DNA of 64,000 bases, from positions 1-64,000 of the forward strand of contig CAVYBH010000011.1 of the NCBI GenBank assembly GCA_963766715.1, in the 5' to 3' direction. Each line of letters starts with the position of its first letter. Position 1 is the first letter of the stretch. Source of the DNA: an uncultured delta proteobacterium. GTDB lineage: Bacteria > Myxococcota > Myxococcia > Myxococcales > Anaeromyxobacteraceae. The notes under the pieces were generated by a model. It did not search any database. It saw only the letters and a program-made list of their open reading frames with translations, and had not been told where the DNA came from. The position numbers and the translations under genes are program-made. This document shows, in pieces, positions 51,967 through 64,000 of the stretch.

Positions 51967-52665
51967 ATGCCGCTTCCCCGCATCCTCCGGCCGTTCCTCC
52001 TCCCGGCGCTCGCCCTCGTGGCGGCGTGCGGTGGGCAGGAGCCGTCGGTCCGGGCGGGCGGCGCCCCGGTCACGGGCGTGCTGGTGCAGGCCGCCGGGCC
52101 GGGGACGTCCGAGCTTCGCGCCGGCCAGCTGGCCGCGGCGCGCAGCGGGTTCGAGTCGGTGGTCCGCTCCGACCCCGAGCGGATGGACGCGCTCAACGAC
52201 CTGGCCGTGGCCTATCACCTGGAGGGGCACCAGGAAGCGGCGCGGCAGCTCCTCGACGAGGTGGTGGTCCGCGGGGCGCCTCGCGAGCAGCAGGCGGCGC
52301 TGGTGAACCTGGCCGACCTCTACTCGAACGAGGGCTACCTCCAGGCCGCGCAGGCCCACCTGGAGACGGCTCGCGAGATCGACGCCGCGCGGGCCGAGCC
52401 GGTGTACGCGCTCGCCCTGCTCGCCGACGCCCGGGGCGAGGCCGATGCGGGCCGGCTGGTGGCCGAGGCCTTGCGCCTCGACCCCGACGGCGCGGCGCGC
52501 CGGTTCCTCGTCTTCACGTCGCCCGAGGCCCGCGTCCACTTCGAGGCGCTCCTCGCCGAGGCCGCCGGCGACCGCCCGCTCGCCCAGGCCCGCTGGCGCG
52601 AGCTCCGCGCCGGCCGCGTGCCCGCCCTGTCCCAGGCGGCGCTGCGCCACCTCGAGGAACCGTAG
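51967..52665 (+). CDS. TPR lipoprotein
   Basis: Lipobox [24 protein letters not shown]-like motifs. Confidence 0.8.
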   Translation: MPLPRILRPFLLPALALVAACGGQEPSVRAGGAPVTGVLVQAAGPGTSELRAGQLAAARSGFESVVRSDPERMDALNDLAVAYHLEGHQEAARQLLDEVVVRGAPREQQAALVNLADLYSNEGYLQAAQAHLETAREIDAARAEPVYALALLADARGEADAGRLVAEALRLDPDGAARRFLVFTSPEARVHFEALLAEAAGDRPLAQARWRELRAGRVPALSQAALRHLEEP

Positions 52666-52672
52666 CCGCCCC

Positions 52673-53722
52673 ATGCCGTCCCCCGAGCACGAGCTGAGCC
52701 GGCGGGAGCGCGAGATCCTTCGCGCCATCGTGCAGGACCACATCCAGACCGGCGAGCCGGTGGCGAGCCAGACGCTCCTGTCCCGGCACGACCTCGACGT
52801 CTCGCCGGCCACGGTCCGCAGCGTCATGGCCGACCTCGAGGCGCTCGGGCTCCTCGAGAAGCCGCACACCTCCGCCGGCCGGGTTCCCACCTCGGCGGGC
52901 TACCGGCTCTTCGTCGACCTGCTCGTCAAGGTGCGGCCGCCCTCCTCCGCCGACCGGGAGCGCATCGAGATGGTGGCGCAGGGAGCGCCCGCGGTGGACA
53001 GCCTGCTGGGCCGCACCGCCGAGCTGCTTCACTCGCTGTCACAGCACGTGGGCGTGGTGTCGACCCCGCGCGCCCTCTCCGATCCCACGCGCCACGTGGA
53101 GTTCGTCCGGCTGCGGGAGAACCGCGTGCTGGCGGTCTTCGTCTCCCGGGCCGGCCTGGTGACGAACAAGCTCGTGCAGCTCGAGGTCCCCCACACCGAC
53201 GCCGAGCTCGAGCAGGCCGCCGCCTACCTCTCCGAGAAGCTGGAGCGGACCGGGTTCGAGGGGTTGCGCGACGCCATCCTCGCCGACATGCGGGCCGACG
53301 AGACCGCGCTGCGCGACCTGATGGGCAAGGCGCTGCGCCTGGCCGAGCGGGCGCTCCCCGTGCCGGGGCCGGAGCGCGTGCTGGTGGACGGGGAGGTCAC
53401 CTTCCTCGACGCCCCCGAGTTCGCCGACATGGGCAAGGCCCGCGCGCTCCTGCGCACCTTCGCCGAGAAGGACCGGATCCTGCGCGTGCTCGACCGGGTG
53501 CTCCAGGCCCGCGAGATGCAGATCTTCATCGGGGCGGAGAGCGAGCTGGCCTCCACCTCCGACGTGTCGGTGGTGGCCGCCCCGTACGTCCGCGACGGGC
53601 TGGTCCTGGGCGCGCTGGCCGTCATCGGCCCGACCCGGATGGATTACGGCCGGGTGATTCCCCTCGTCGACCTGACCGCGCGCGAGATCTCCCGGGCCCT
53701 GTCGGCCACCGACCGGACCTGA
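52673..53722 (+). CDS. hrcA: Heat-inducible transcription repressor
   Basis: [25 protein letters not shown]. Confidence 0.96.
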   Translation: MPSPEHELSRREREILRAIVQDHIQTGEPVASQTLLSRHDLDVSPATVRSVMADLEALGLLEKPHTSAGRVPTSAGYRLFVDLLVKVRPPSSADRERIEMVAQGAPAVDSLLGRTAELLHSLSQHVGVVSTPRALSDPTRHVEFVRLRENRVLAVFVSRAGLVTNKLVQLEVPHTDAELEQAAAYLSEKLERTGFEGLRDAILADMRADETALRDLMGKALRLAERALPVPGPERVLVDGEVTFLDAPEFADMGKARALLRTFAEKDRILRVLDRVLQAREMQIFIGAESELASTSDVSVVAAPYVRDGLVLGALAVIGPTRMDYGRVIPLVDLTAREISRALSATDRT

Positions 53723-53847
53723 CCGGCCCCTCCCGCGTACCTTTCCCCTGACGTACCGAGCACTTGCGCACCCCGTTTCTTGCTCGCAGCCAGACCCATG
53801 TGACATATTCGGGGTTCACGCCGCACCGGAAGCCGCCCGAGCCACGC

Positions 53848-54471
53848 ATGCCAGGAACCGGAGAAAAAGGGAGCTTTGCCGCGGACATCCCGGCCTCCGT
53901 CCTCGAGGAGGCGCTGAAGAGCGTGACGAAGCACGACCCCGCCGAGCCGGCCCCGGATCCCGCGGTGGCCGAGGTGGAGGTGGAGGCGCCCGCCCCGGAC
54001 CTCGACGGCGAGCTGAAGCGGCTCGAGGGCGAGCTGGCGGCCGAGCACGACCGGCTGCTCCGGACCGCCGCCGACCTGGACAACTTCCGGAAGCGGGTGA
54101 CTCGCGAGCGGGACGACGCGGCGCGCCACGCCGCCGGCCCGGTGGTGAAGGACCTCCTCCCGGCGATCGACAACCTGGAGCGGGCGCTCGCCGCCGCGCC
54201 CCCGAACGACCCGCTCGCCGAGGGGATCCGCATGGTGCTCCGGCAGGTCGAGGAGGCGCTGGCCCGCCACGGCGTGCAGCCGCAGAGCGCGCTGGGCGCC
54301 ACCTTCGATCCCGCGCTGCACGAGGCGCTGGCCACGGTCCCGTCGGCCGACGCCGCGCCGGGCTCGGTGGTGGCGGAGCACGGGCGGGCCTGGCTGCACC
54401 ACGGGCGGCTCCTCCGCCCCGCGATGGTGGCGGTGGCGGCGCAGGCGCCCACGGGCGAGGACGGGGGGTAG
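53848..54471 (+). CDS. grpE: Nucleotide exchange factor GrpE
   Basis: ADLDNFRKR, LLPAIDNLERAL, FDPALHEA, LLRPAMV. Confidence 0.95.
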   Translation: MPGTGEKGSFAADIPASVLEEALKSVTKHDPAEPAPDPAVAEVEVEAPAPDLDGELKRLEGELAAEHDRLLRTAADLDNFRKRVTRERDDAARHAAGPVVKDLLPAIDNLERALAAAPPNDPLAEGIRMVLRQVEEALARHGVQPQSALGATFDPALHEALATVPSADAAPGSVVAEHGRAWLHHGRLLRPAMVAVAAQAPTGEDGG

Positions 54472-54477
54472 CGCGGG

Positions 54478-56316
<1,839 letters not shown>

Positions 56317-56382
56317 GGAGAGCCGTCGTTCGCCCTGGACTTGCCCCGACGTTCCGGGGCATTAGGTTCGCCGAGATCCCCG

Positions 56383-57498
56383 ATGAGTTCCGAGAAAAGA
56401 GACTTCTACGAGGTGCTGGGCGTCGAGCGCACGGCCTCCGGCGACGAGATCCGCACGGCGTTCCGCCGTCTCGCCATGGAGTTCCACCCCGACCGCAACC
56501 CCGGCAACCACGCCGCGGAGGAGCGGTTCAAGGAGGTGGCCGAGGCCTACGACGTCCTCTGCGACCCCGAGAAGCGCGTCCGCTACGACCGCTTCGGCAG
56601 CGCCCAGGGCTTCGATCCCTTCGCGGGCTTCGCCGGCGGCGGCGCCACCAGCATCAACGACATCTTCGGGGAGATCTTCGGGGAGGTCTTCGGGGCCCAC
56701 CGCCGCGGCCAGCGCCGCGCCCGGGGAGCGGACCTCCGCTACAACCTCGAGCTGTCCTTCGAGGAGGCGGCCTTCGGCACCACCTCGCGCATCGAGCTCT
56801 CCCGGCCCCGGCGATGCGAGACCTGCAAGGGAAGCGGCGCCAAGCCGGGGACCCAGCCCAAGCAGTGCCCCACCTGCCGCGGCTCCGGCGAGATCCGGGT
56901 GCAGCAGGGCTTCTTCGCCATCTCCCGCACCTGCGGCCAGTGCCGCGGCGAGGGGAAGATCATCACCGACCGCTGCACGACCTGCGGCGGGGCGGGGGGC
57001 GTGGCCGAGAAGTCGATGGTCGACGTGAAGGTCCCGCCCGGCGTCGACAGCGGCACCCGCCTCAAGCTGCGCGGGGAAGGGGAGCCGGCGCCGTCGCCCT
57101 CCGGCGAGGCCGGCGACCTCTACGTGGTGGTCGAGGTGCGCGAGCACTCCATCTTCCGCCGGCAGGACACCGAGGTGGTGTGCGAGCTGCCCATCTCCAT
57201 CGCGCAGGCCGCGCTCGGGGCCTCGGTGGACGTGCCCACCCTCGACGGCCCGCACAAGCTCAAGATCCCGGCCGGGACGCAGCCCGGCAAGACCTTCCGG
57301 CTGAAGGGCAAGGGGATCGCGCCGCTGGGCGGCGGCTCCCGCGGCGACCAGCACGTGCAGATCCAGGTGGAGATCCCGACCCACCTCTCGAAGGAGCAGC
57401 GGGAGCTGCTCGAGCGCTTCGCGGCCCTCTCCGGCGAGGAGACCCACCCTGCGGCCAGCCGCTTCTGGAGCAAGGTGGCGGACCTGCTGGGCAAGTAG
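56383..57498 (+). CDS. dnaJ: Chaperone DnaJ
   Basis: HPD motif; four CxxCxGxG repeats. Confidence 0.97.
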   Translation: MSSEKRDFYEVLGVERTASGDEIRTAFRRLAMEFHPDRNPGNHAAEERFKEVAEAYDVLCDPEKRVRYDRFGSAQGFDPFAGFAGGGATSINDIFGEIFGEVFGAHRRGQRRARGADLRYNLELSFEEAAFGTTSRIELSRPRRCETCKGSGAKPGTQPKQCPTCRGSGEIRVQQGFFAISRTCGQCRGEGKIITDRCTTCGGAGGVAEKSMVDVKVPPGVDSGTRLKLRGEGEPAPSPSGEAGDLYVVVEVREHSIFRRQDTEVVCELPISIAQAALGASVDVPTLDGPHKLKIPAGTQPGKTFRLKGKGIAPLGGGSRGDQHVQIQVEIPTHLSKEQRELLERFAALSGEETHPAASRFWSKVADLLGK

Positions 57499-57548
57499 GG
57501 CTCCTGGCCTTCCGCCGGGGGCGGCGTTCTTATAGAAGAGCGGGATCC

Positions 57549-59481
57549 ATGCGCGTTTCCCTTCCGGCTGCCGTCGCCGCGCTGCTCGCAGCGGCCTGTG
57601 CGACCACCCAGCCCGCCGCTCGTCCCGGCGGGCTCCCGTCCGCCCCCGTCGCCACCGCTCCCTCCGCCGCCGCCGCCACCGAGCTCGCGAAGCTCCGGGC
57701 GGCCGCCGCCTCCACGCCGCCCGCCAGGAGCGCCGAGGCCTTCGAGAAGCTGGCGCGCACCTCCCCCGCCGCCGCCGAGGCGCCGGAGGCGCTCGACGAG
57801 GCGGCCCGGGCCTGGATGAAGGCGAAGCAGCCGGCGCGCGCCGCCGCCGACTGGGCGGAGCTCCTGTCCCGCTACCCGCTCTGGCCGCGAGCCGACGAGG
57901 CCGCGGTGCGCTACGGACTCGCCGAGATCGAGGCCGGGCAGGGCGCCCGGGGCATGCAGACCCTCGTCGCAGGCCTGGGAGGAGACCCCGGCGCCCAAGC
58001 GGGGCAACCTGGCCCTGCGCATCGCCGACGCCGCCGAGGCCGGCCGCAACTGGCCGCTGGCCGCGCGCTGGCGCGCCGAGGCCGCCGGCTACCTCCCCGC
58101 CGCCGAGCGCGACCGGGAGATGGCGCGGGCCCAGGAGATCGTGGCGACGAAGCTCTCGCCCCAGGAGGTCGAGGCGCTGGCCGCCGAGGTCCCGAAGGGG
58201 AGCGCGCTCGGGGTGGCGCTGGCCGCCCGGGCGACGGCGAGGACCGCCGCCGTGGCCGGGACGATCGGCGTGGCGGTGCCCCTCTCCGGCAAGTTCAAGG
58301 CCTGGGGCGAGGCCATCCTCCAGGGCGTGGCGCTCGCCATCCCCGAGGGCGGCCCGATCCGCGTGGTGTCCAAGGACACCCGCGGTGAACCGGACGGCGC
58401 GGCCGAGGCGGTGGCGCAGCTCGCCGCCGAGGGGGCCGTGGCCATCGTGGGCGGCGTGACCAACGCCGAGGCGCTGCGGGCGGCCACCGCGGCCCAGCAG
58501 GCCGGCGTGCCGCTCCTGTCGCTCTCCAAGGTGGACGGCGTCGCCGACGGGCGCCCCTACGTCTTCCGGCTCATGCTGACGGCCCCGGCGCAGGCCCAGG
58601 CGCTCGCCGAGTTCGCCATCGCGCGGCGCGGGCTGCGGAAGGTGGTGGTCCTCTACCCGGAGATCCCCTACGGCACCGAGCTCCGCACCGCCTTCGGCGC
58701 CGAGGTCGAGGCCCGGGGCGGGTCGATCCAGCGGGCCGTCGGCTACGAGGGCGACCGGGCCAACTTCGCACCCATGGTGAAGGAGCTGGTGGGGCGCAGC
58801 CAGGTGGAGCAGCGGGCCGACTGGCGCGAGGCGTCCCGCGCCATCACCAAGGAGATCACCGACCCGTACCGGCGCGCCAAGGCCCTCGAGAAGGCCCGCA
58901 AGGAGCTGCCGCCCATCATCGAGTTCGACGCGGTCTTCGTCCCCGACTTCGCGCGGAGCGTGACCCTGCTCGCGCCGACGCTGGCGGTGGAGGACGTGGT
59001 CACCGCCTGCGACCCGCACGAGATCGAGCGCATCCAGAAGGTGAGCCCCTGGACCGTGAAGCCGGTCCTCCTGCTCGGCGCCAACGGGTGGGACGACCCG
59101 GCCATCGTGGAGAAGGCCGGCAAGTACGTGGAGTGCGCGGTCTTCGTCGACGGCTTCTTCGCCGGGTCGGAGCGCACCGAGACGAGGAAGTTCGTCGAGG
59201 CCTTCCAGATGGCCAACGCCCGGTCGCCCTCGATCCTCGAGGCCAGCGCCTACGACGCCGCGCGCATGGTCGCCTCGGCGATGCGGCGGGGCGTCTCCGG
59301 CCGCGCCGAGATGCGCGAGGCGCTCGCCCGCCAGGCCCCGTTCCCCGGCGCCACCGGCGACGTGACCTTCGACGCGCGCGGGGAGCCGGTGCGCAGCCTC
59401 TTCTTCCTCACGGTCGACCGGGGCGCCATCCGGGAGATGCGCCCCGAGGAGATCCCGGGCGCGCCGGCGACGGCTCCCTGA
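57549..59481 (+). CDS. LppC/LpoA-like penicillin-binding protein activator lipoprotein (frameshift ~57970)
   Basis: Lipobox AAAC; TPR N-terminus; IGVAVPLSG...AYDAA...FPGATG periplasmic-binding fold. Confidence 0.8.
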
Positions 59482-59490
59482 TCGACGGAC

Positions 59491-60426
59491 GTGGAGGAGA
59501 CCATCCACATCGCGCCCCCGAGGCGCCGCCTGCCCTGGTGGAACGCGCTGCTCTTCCTGGCGACCGTGGGGACCACCGTCCTCTGCGGCGCCGGCTTCGC
59601 CGGCTACGACGCGGACGGCCTCCCGGGCCTCGTGCTCGCGGGCCTCTCCTACTCGGGCGCGATCCTCGCCATCCTGCTGGCGCACGAGATGGGCCACTAC
59701 CTGCAGGCCCGGGCCTGGCGGGTGGACACCACGCTCCCCTTCTTCATCCCCGTGCCGACGAGCTTCGGCACCCTGGGCGCGCTCATCCGGCTGCGCTCCC
59801 CCATCCCGTCGCGCGACGCCGTGCTCGACATCGGCGCCGCCGGCCCCATCGCCGGCGCCCTGGTCGCGATTCCCCTCTACGTCTGGGGGCTCGCCCACTC
59901 GGAGGTTCGCGCGGTGGGGGAGATGGCCGTCTCCAACACCGGGTCGGCCTGGTCCATCGCCCAGGCCCTGCTGCACGGGGAGAAGCTCTCCTGGGGCGGC
60001 GACGCCATGGTCTTCGGGGACAGCCTGCTCACCACGGCCCTGCAGCGGCTGGTGATCGGGCCGCTCGCCCCGGGGACCGACGTCTTCGTGCACCCGGTGG
60101 CGCTGGCGGCCTGGCTGGGGCTGTTCGTCACCACCCTGAACCTCATCCCCATCGGCCAGCTCGACGGCGGGCACGTGACCTACGCCTGGCTGGGCGAGCG
60201 CGGCGCGCTGCGCCTCTCCCGCCTGCTCTCCTGGGCGCTGCTCGCCGCCGGCCTCCTCGTCTCGCTCAACTGGCTCGTCTGGTGGCTGCTCACCCGGCTG
60301 GTCATCGGGCTCCGCCACCCGCCCGCGATGATCGACGAGCCCATCACGCCGGGGCGCCGCGCGGTGGCGCTGGCGTCGATCCTGCTCTTCGTCGTCACCT
60401 TCGTCCCCGTGCCCATCCGGCTGTGA
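59491..60426 (+). CDS. Site-2 protease (M50)
   Basis: HEMGH, AGPIAG, NLIPIGQLDGGH. Confidence 0.93.
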   Translation: MEETIHIAPPRRRLPWWNALLFLATVGTTVLCGAGFAGYDADGLPGLVLAGLSYSGAILAILLAHEMGHYLQARAWRVDTTLPFFIPVPTSFGTLGALIRLRSPIPSRDAVLDIGAAGPIAGALVAIPLYVWGLAHSEVRAVGEMAVSNTGSAWSIAQALLHGEKLSWGGDAMVFGDSLLTTALQRLVIGPLAPGTDVFVHPVALAAWLGLFVTTLNLIPIGQLDGGHVTYAWLGERGALRLSRLLSWALLAAGLLVSLNWLVWWLLTRLVIGLRHPPAMIDEPITPGRRAVALASILLFVVTFVPVPIRL

Positions 60427-60811
60427 CCGACCCGACCCGAGACGGCGCGGAGGCGCCCGGCGCCGGCGAGGAGGCCGCCTGGGCCGGGCTGCGCGCCCGC
60501 TGGGGCGACGAGGAGGCCCACCGCGCCCTCCTGGCCGGGGTGAACGACCTCGAGGGGCTGGCGCGGGTCGGGGCCCGCTACCGGGAGGTCCTGGTGGAGC
60601 GCCCGGACGACGCCGCTGGCGCTCCGGGGACGGGACGAGGTGCTGCGCAAGGCCACCGTCCTCGGCCTGGCCGCCGTGCCGCGAACCGTGCCCCCGGCGG
60701 CCCGTGTCACCCTGGGTGAAGCGGGCCGTCCTGGCGACCGTGGCCGTCCTCCTGCTCGGCGCGGCCGCCTGGACCGCCATGGCCTTCCTGCGCACGGGAG
60801 CGACCCGCTGA
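60423..60811 (+). CDS. Hypothetical protein with C-terminal TM (frameshifted)
   Basis: WGDEEAHRALL...ARYR; hydrophobic tail in another frame; overlaps both neighbours. Confidence 0.55.
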
Positions 60812-62796
60812 TGCCGGTCTCCGCGCAGAGCGCCATCGAGACGGTGCTCGCCCCCGGCGGGCGGCTGGCGCGCGCGCTGGAGGGCTACGAGCCGCGGCCG
60901 GACCAGGTGCGCATGGCCGAGGCGGTGGCCGACGCGCTCTCCCGACGCCGCTACCTGGTGGCCGAGGCCGGCACCGGCACCGGGAAGACGCTCGCCTACC
61001 TGCTCCCGGCCGTGCTCTCGGGGAGGCGGGTGGTCATCTCCACGGCCACGCGCGCGCTCCAGGAGCAGATCTGGTTCCGCGACATCCCGCTGCTCCGCGA
61101 CCGGTGCGGCGTCGAGATCTCGGCGGCCTACCTCAAGGGGCGCGCCAACTACTACTGCCTGGCCCGGGGCGAGGAGTTCGAGCGCCACCCCACCTTCGCC
61201 ACCCGGGAGGAGGCGGCCCTGTGGCCCCGCATCCGGGAGTGGTCGCGGACCACGGCCACCGGCGACCGGAGCGAGATCGACCTGCCCGACTCCTACCTGA
61301 CCTGGAAGGATCTCTCCGCCACCGGCGAGACCTGCGTCGGGAAGGAGTGCCCGCGCTGGGAGGACTGCTTCGTGCAGCAGGCCCGGGCGCGCGCGGCCGC
61401 GGCCGAGATCGTGCTCGTGAACCACCACCTCTTCTTCGCCGACCTGGCCATGCGGACCTCGCGGGCCGGGGTCGAGGTGCTGCCGCCCTACGAGGCGGTG
61501 ATCTTCGACGAGGCCCACGCCATCGAGGAGGTCGCCACCGAGTACTTCGGGCTGCAGGTCTCGTCCTACCGGGTGGAGGAGCTGGCCCGCGACGCCCAGC
61601 GGTCCGTGGCCGATCGCCCGGACCTGGCCTCCATGCTGAAGCGCACCACCGGCGAGCTCTCCAAGGCCGGCGAGCGCTTCTTCGGCTCGGTGGCCCGGGC
61701 GCTGGCCCGGGGCTCCGGCCGCTCCGAGCCGCCGCGCGGGGGGCGCAAGCCGGAGGAGGAGAACCTGCGCGGACCCCTCGTGCCCTCCATGCTCGAGCCG
61801 CTGGCCGGCGAGCAGGACCGGCTCGACGGGGCCCTCGAGGAGCTGCGCGCCGAGCTGGCCGACGACCCGTCGCCGGCCCTGCTCCAGATCGCGCGGCGCG
61901 CCGCCGAGCTGCGGGTCGAGCTGGCCGCGGTGACCGCCATGCGGGAGCCGTCCCGCGTCTTCTTCGCCGAGGCCCGCGGCCGCGGGGTCTTCCTGCGGGC
62001 CGCGCCCATCGACGTGGCCGAGGAGCTCGTCACCCGCCTCTACCGCAACGTGGACACGGTGGTCTTCGCGAGCGCCACCCTGGCCAGCCAGGGGCGCTTC
62101 GACTACTTCCGCCGCCAGGTCGGGCTGCGGGAGGACTTCGACGTCGACGAGCGCACCTTCCCCGGCCCGTTCGACTACGCCACCCAGGCGGCGATCGTCG
62201 CACCGGCGGGCCTCCCCGATCCCAACCAGCCCGGGTTCGTGGCCGCCGCCGCCCGCGCCGTCCGGGAGCTCACCGAGGTCACCGGCGGCCGCGCCTTCGT
62301 GCTCTGCACCTCGGTGCGCAACATGCTCGCCTTCCGGGAGGCCCTCTCCGACCTGCCCTGGCAGCTCCTGCTGCAGGGCGAGCGCCCCAAGCACCGGCTG
62401 CTCGAGGCGTTCCGGGAGCGCCCCTCCGTGCTCTTCGCCACCCAGAGCTTCTGGGAGGGCGTGGACGTGCCCGGCGAGGCGCTCTCGCTCGTGGTCATCG
62501 ACCGGCTCCCCTTCTCGCCGCCCAACGACCCGGTGATCGCGGCGCGGGTGAAGGCGCTCACCGACGAGGGGCGCGACGCCTTCTCCGAGCTCCAGGTCCC
62601 GGCCGCCGCGCTCCAGCTGCGGCAGGGGTTCGGCCGCCTCGTCCGCTCCCGCGCCGACCGGGGCCTGGTGGCGGTTCTCGACCCGCGCCTCACCACCCGG
62701 GGGTACGGCCGCGCCTTCCTGGCGTCGCTCCCGCCGAGCCCCCTGCTCCGGTCCGTCGACGAGGCCCGGCGCTGGTGGGAAGCCTCTCATCGCTGA
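60811..62796 (+). CDS. DinG/YoaA-family ATP-dependent DNA helicase
   Basis: EAGTGTGKT, KGRANYYC, Fe-S Cys, FDEAH, SATL, WEGVDV, QGFGRLVR. Confidence 0.93.
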   Translation: MPVSAQSAIETVLAPGGRLARALEGYEPRPDQVRMAEAVADALSRRRYLVAEAGTGTGKTLAYLLPAVLSGRRVVISTATRALQEQIWFRDIPLLRDRCGVEISAAYLKGRANYYCLARGEEFERHPTFATREEAALWPRIREWSRTTATGDRSEIDLPDSYLTWKDLSATGETCVGKECPRWEDCFVQQARARAAAAEIVLVNHHLFFADLAMRTSRAGVEVLPPYEAVIFDEAHAIEEVATEYFGLQVSSYRVEELARDAQRSVADRPDLASMLKRTTGELSKAGERFFGSVARALARGSGRSEPPRGGRKPEEENLRGPLVPSMLEPLAGEQDRLDGALEELRAELADDPSPALLQIARRAAELRVELAAVTAMREPSRVFFAEARGRGVFLRAAPIDVAEELVTRLYRNVDTVVFASATLASQGRFDYFRRQVGLREDFDVDERTFPGPFDYATQAAIVAPAGLPDPNQPGFVAAAARAVRELTEVTGGRAFVLCTSVRNMLAFREALSDLPWQLLLQGERPKHRLLEAFRERPSVLFATQSFWEGVDVPGEALSLVVIDRLPFSPPNDPVIAARVKALTDEGRDAFSELQVPAAALQLRQGFGRLVRSRADRGLVAVLDPRLTTRGYGRAFLASLPPSPLLRSVDEARRWWEASHR

Positions 62797-62893
62797 GGAG
62801 TCACCCGATCCGGGGGGGCACGGCTGGAACCGCCCCCGGCTTTGCGTTACGTTGACGGTGCAGCGGGGGAGGGCGCGAGGAGCAGCCAGGTCC

Positions 62894-63550
62894 ATGGCCC
62901 AATTCAACGAGGAGAGCCGCGAACTCGCGGTGAAAGTCGTCTATTACGGACCAGCCTTGTCCGGAAAGACGACGAATCTCCAGGCCCTCTACCAGAAGAT
63001 GGATCCCAAGGTGCGGGGGCGGCTCATGACCCTCGACACCAAGGACGACCGGACGCTCTTCTTCGACATGATGCCGGTCTTCTTCCGGACCCCGGGCGGG
63101 GTGAAGGTGAAGATCAAGCTCTACACGGTGCCCGGCCAGGTGATGCACGAGTCGACGCGCCGCATCGTCCTCCAGGGGAGCGACGCGGTCGTCTTCGTGG
63201 CCGACAGCCGCAAGTCCGAGACCGCCTCCACGCTCGCCTACTGGAAGGACATGCTGCGCAACCTCGAGGCCAACGGCCTCGATCCGCGCGCGCTCCCCAT
63301 CGTCATCCAGAAGAACAAGACCGACCTCGAGGACATCCGGGACGACGACTTCGCCGACCTCCCCCGCGCGCCCAAGGTCCCGGTGGTCCCGGCCAAGGCC
63401 ATCCAGGGGGAGGGGGTGCTCGAGACCCTCGGGGCGCTGCTCGCCCTCTGCTACCGCGACCTCGATCGCGCGCTCGGGCTGGGCAAGCGCTTCGCCCTGC
63501 CGGAGAAGGAGTTCCTCGGCTCGGTCCTCAGCCGCGTGGAAGCCAGATGA
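62894..63550 (+). CDS. MglA/SofG-family small GTPase
   Basis: KVVYYGPALSGKTTN, DDRTLFFD, TVPGQ, NKTD. Confidence 0.9.
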   Translation: MAQFNEESRELAVKVVYYGPALSGKTTNLQALYQKMDPKVRGRLMTLDTKDDRTLFFDMMPVFFRTPGGVKVKIKLYTVPGQVMHESTRRIVLQGSDAVVFVADSRKSETASTLAYWKDMLRNLEANGLDPRALPIVIQKNKTDLEDIRDDDFADLPRAPKVPVVPAKAIQGEGVLETLGALLALCYRDLDRALGLGKRFALPEKEFLGSVLSRVEAR

Positions 63551-64000
63551 AGATCCAGCAGTCCGTCCTCCTCCAGCCGACGCCGCTCGGCGATCTGCTC
63601 GACCTCCGGTCCTTCTCCGAGGTCTGCCAGTCCTTCGCGGAGCTGTACCGGATCGGCGTGAAGGTCTTCGACGAGGGGGGCAACAAGCTGGTGGACGTGA
63701 AGATCGGCAACGCCGACTTCTGCGGCTACCTGTGGCAGACCCCGGACGGCCGCAGCCAGTGCATGGCGACCGTCCAGCGGGTGAAGACCGAGCCGCTGGT
63801 CGAGGAGCCGGTCCCGAGCACCGTCAACTGCTTCGCGGGCTGCCGCTACGCCATCCAGCCGGTGCTCTACGAGGGCGACGTGATCGGCCGCATCGTCTTC
63901 GGCCCCTTCGTGCCCGACGACCTGGTGGCGCTGCCGGCGGCCCTCACCAAGCTCTCGCCCGACTTCGACGAGAAGGTGGCGGCCTCCTACCTCCAGAAGA
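63547..64000 (+). CDS. PocR-domain sensor protein, truncated by window end
   Basis: FCGYL...QC...NCFAGCRYAIQPV...GRIVFGPF, PocR-like Cys pattern; ATGA overlap with GTPase. Confidence 0.7.
   Translation, partial: MKIQQSVLLQPTPLGDLLDLRSFSEVCQSFAELYRIGVKVFDEGGNKLVDVKIGNADFCGYLWQTPDGRSQCMATVQRVKTEPLVEEPVPSTVNCFAGCRYAIQPVLYEGDVIGRIVFGPFVPDDLVALPAALTKLSPDFDEKVAASYLQK

Noticed and set aside
56362..62907. 2181-aa minus-strand ORF and other very long antisense ORFs (e.g. 48401-51913, 36149-39202, 15779-18271)
   Set aside because: Shadow frames of high-GC genes on the opposite strand; no recognisable domains

Overview
Very GC-rich bacterial chromosome segment spanning the replication origin. Gene content and order (bactofilin after parB, TGTTCCACGTGGAACG-type parS, split atp operon, MXAN_5187-like and SofG-like genes) point to Myxococcota, probably Anaeromyxobacter-like; this is an inference. 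Left end (1-2184): one boundary of an integrated element (structured repeat region, RHH-like gene, excisionase-like gene, tyrosine integrase) inserted at tRNA-Phe, with the integrase ORF running through the att site into the tRNA antisense. The rest is mostly core genome: ileS-lspA-lgt, rimK-like, FadF-like Fe-S oxidoreductase, tRNA-Gln, fabH, dnaA-dnaN-recF-gyrB, probable oriC, rpmH-rnpA-yidD-yidC-jag-rsmG-parS-parAB-bactofilin, hsp20, atpHAGDC, gyrA, hemL, atpI-like/atpBEF, ychF, pdxA, three PPIases, mfd, hrcA-grpE-dnaK-dnaJ, LppC-like, site-2 protease, DinG-like helicase, SofG/MglA-like GTPase and a truncated PocR-domain sensor. About two dozen genes, including essential ones, carry small indels that are most likely long-read/assembly errors, so many CDS boundaries are reconstructed across frameshifts and single-base observations need caution. 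I found no clearly novel multi-gene system. The most interesting items are the att-in-integrase element with its structured upstream region, a pseudo-protease/Cys-rich gene pair, two putative metal-binding lipoproteins and the GTPase-PocR pair. No database searches were run; product calls come from recognised motifs and synteny.
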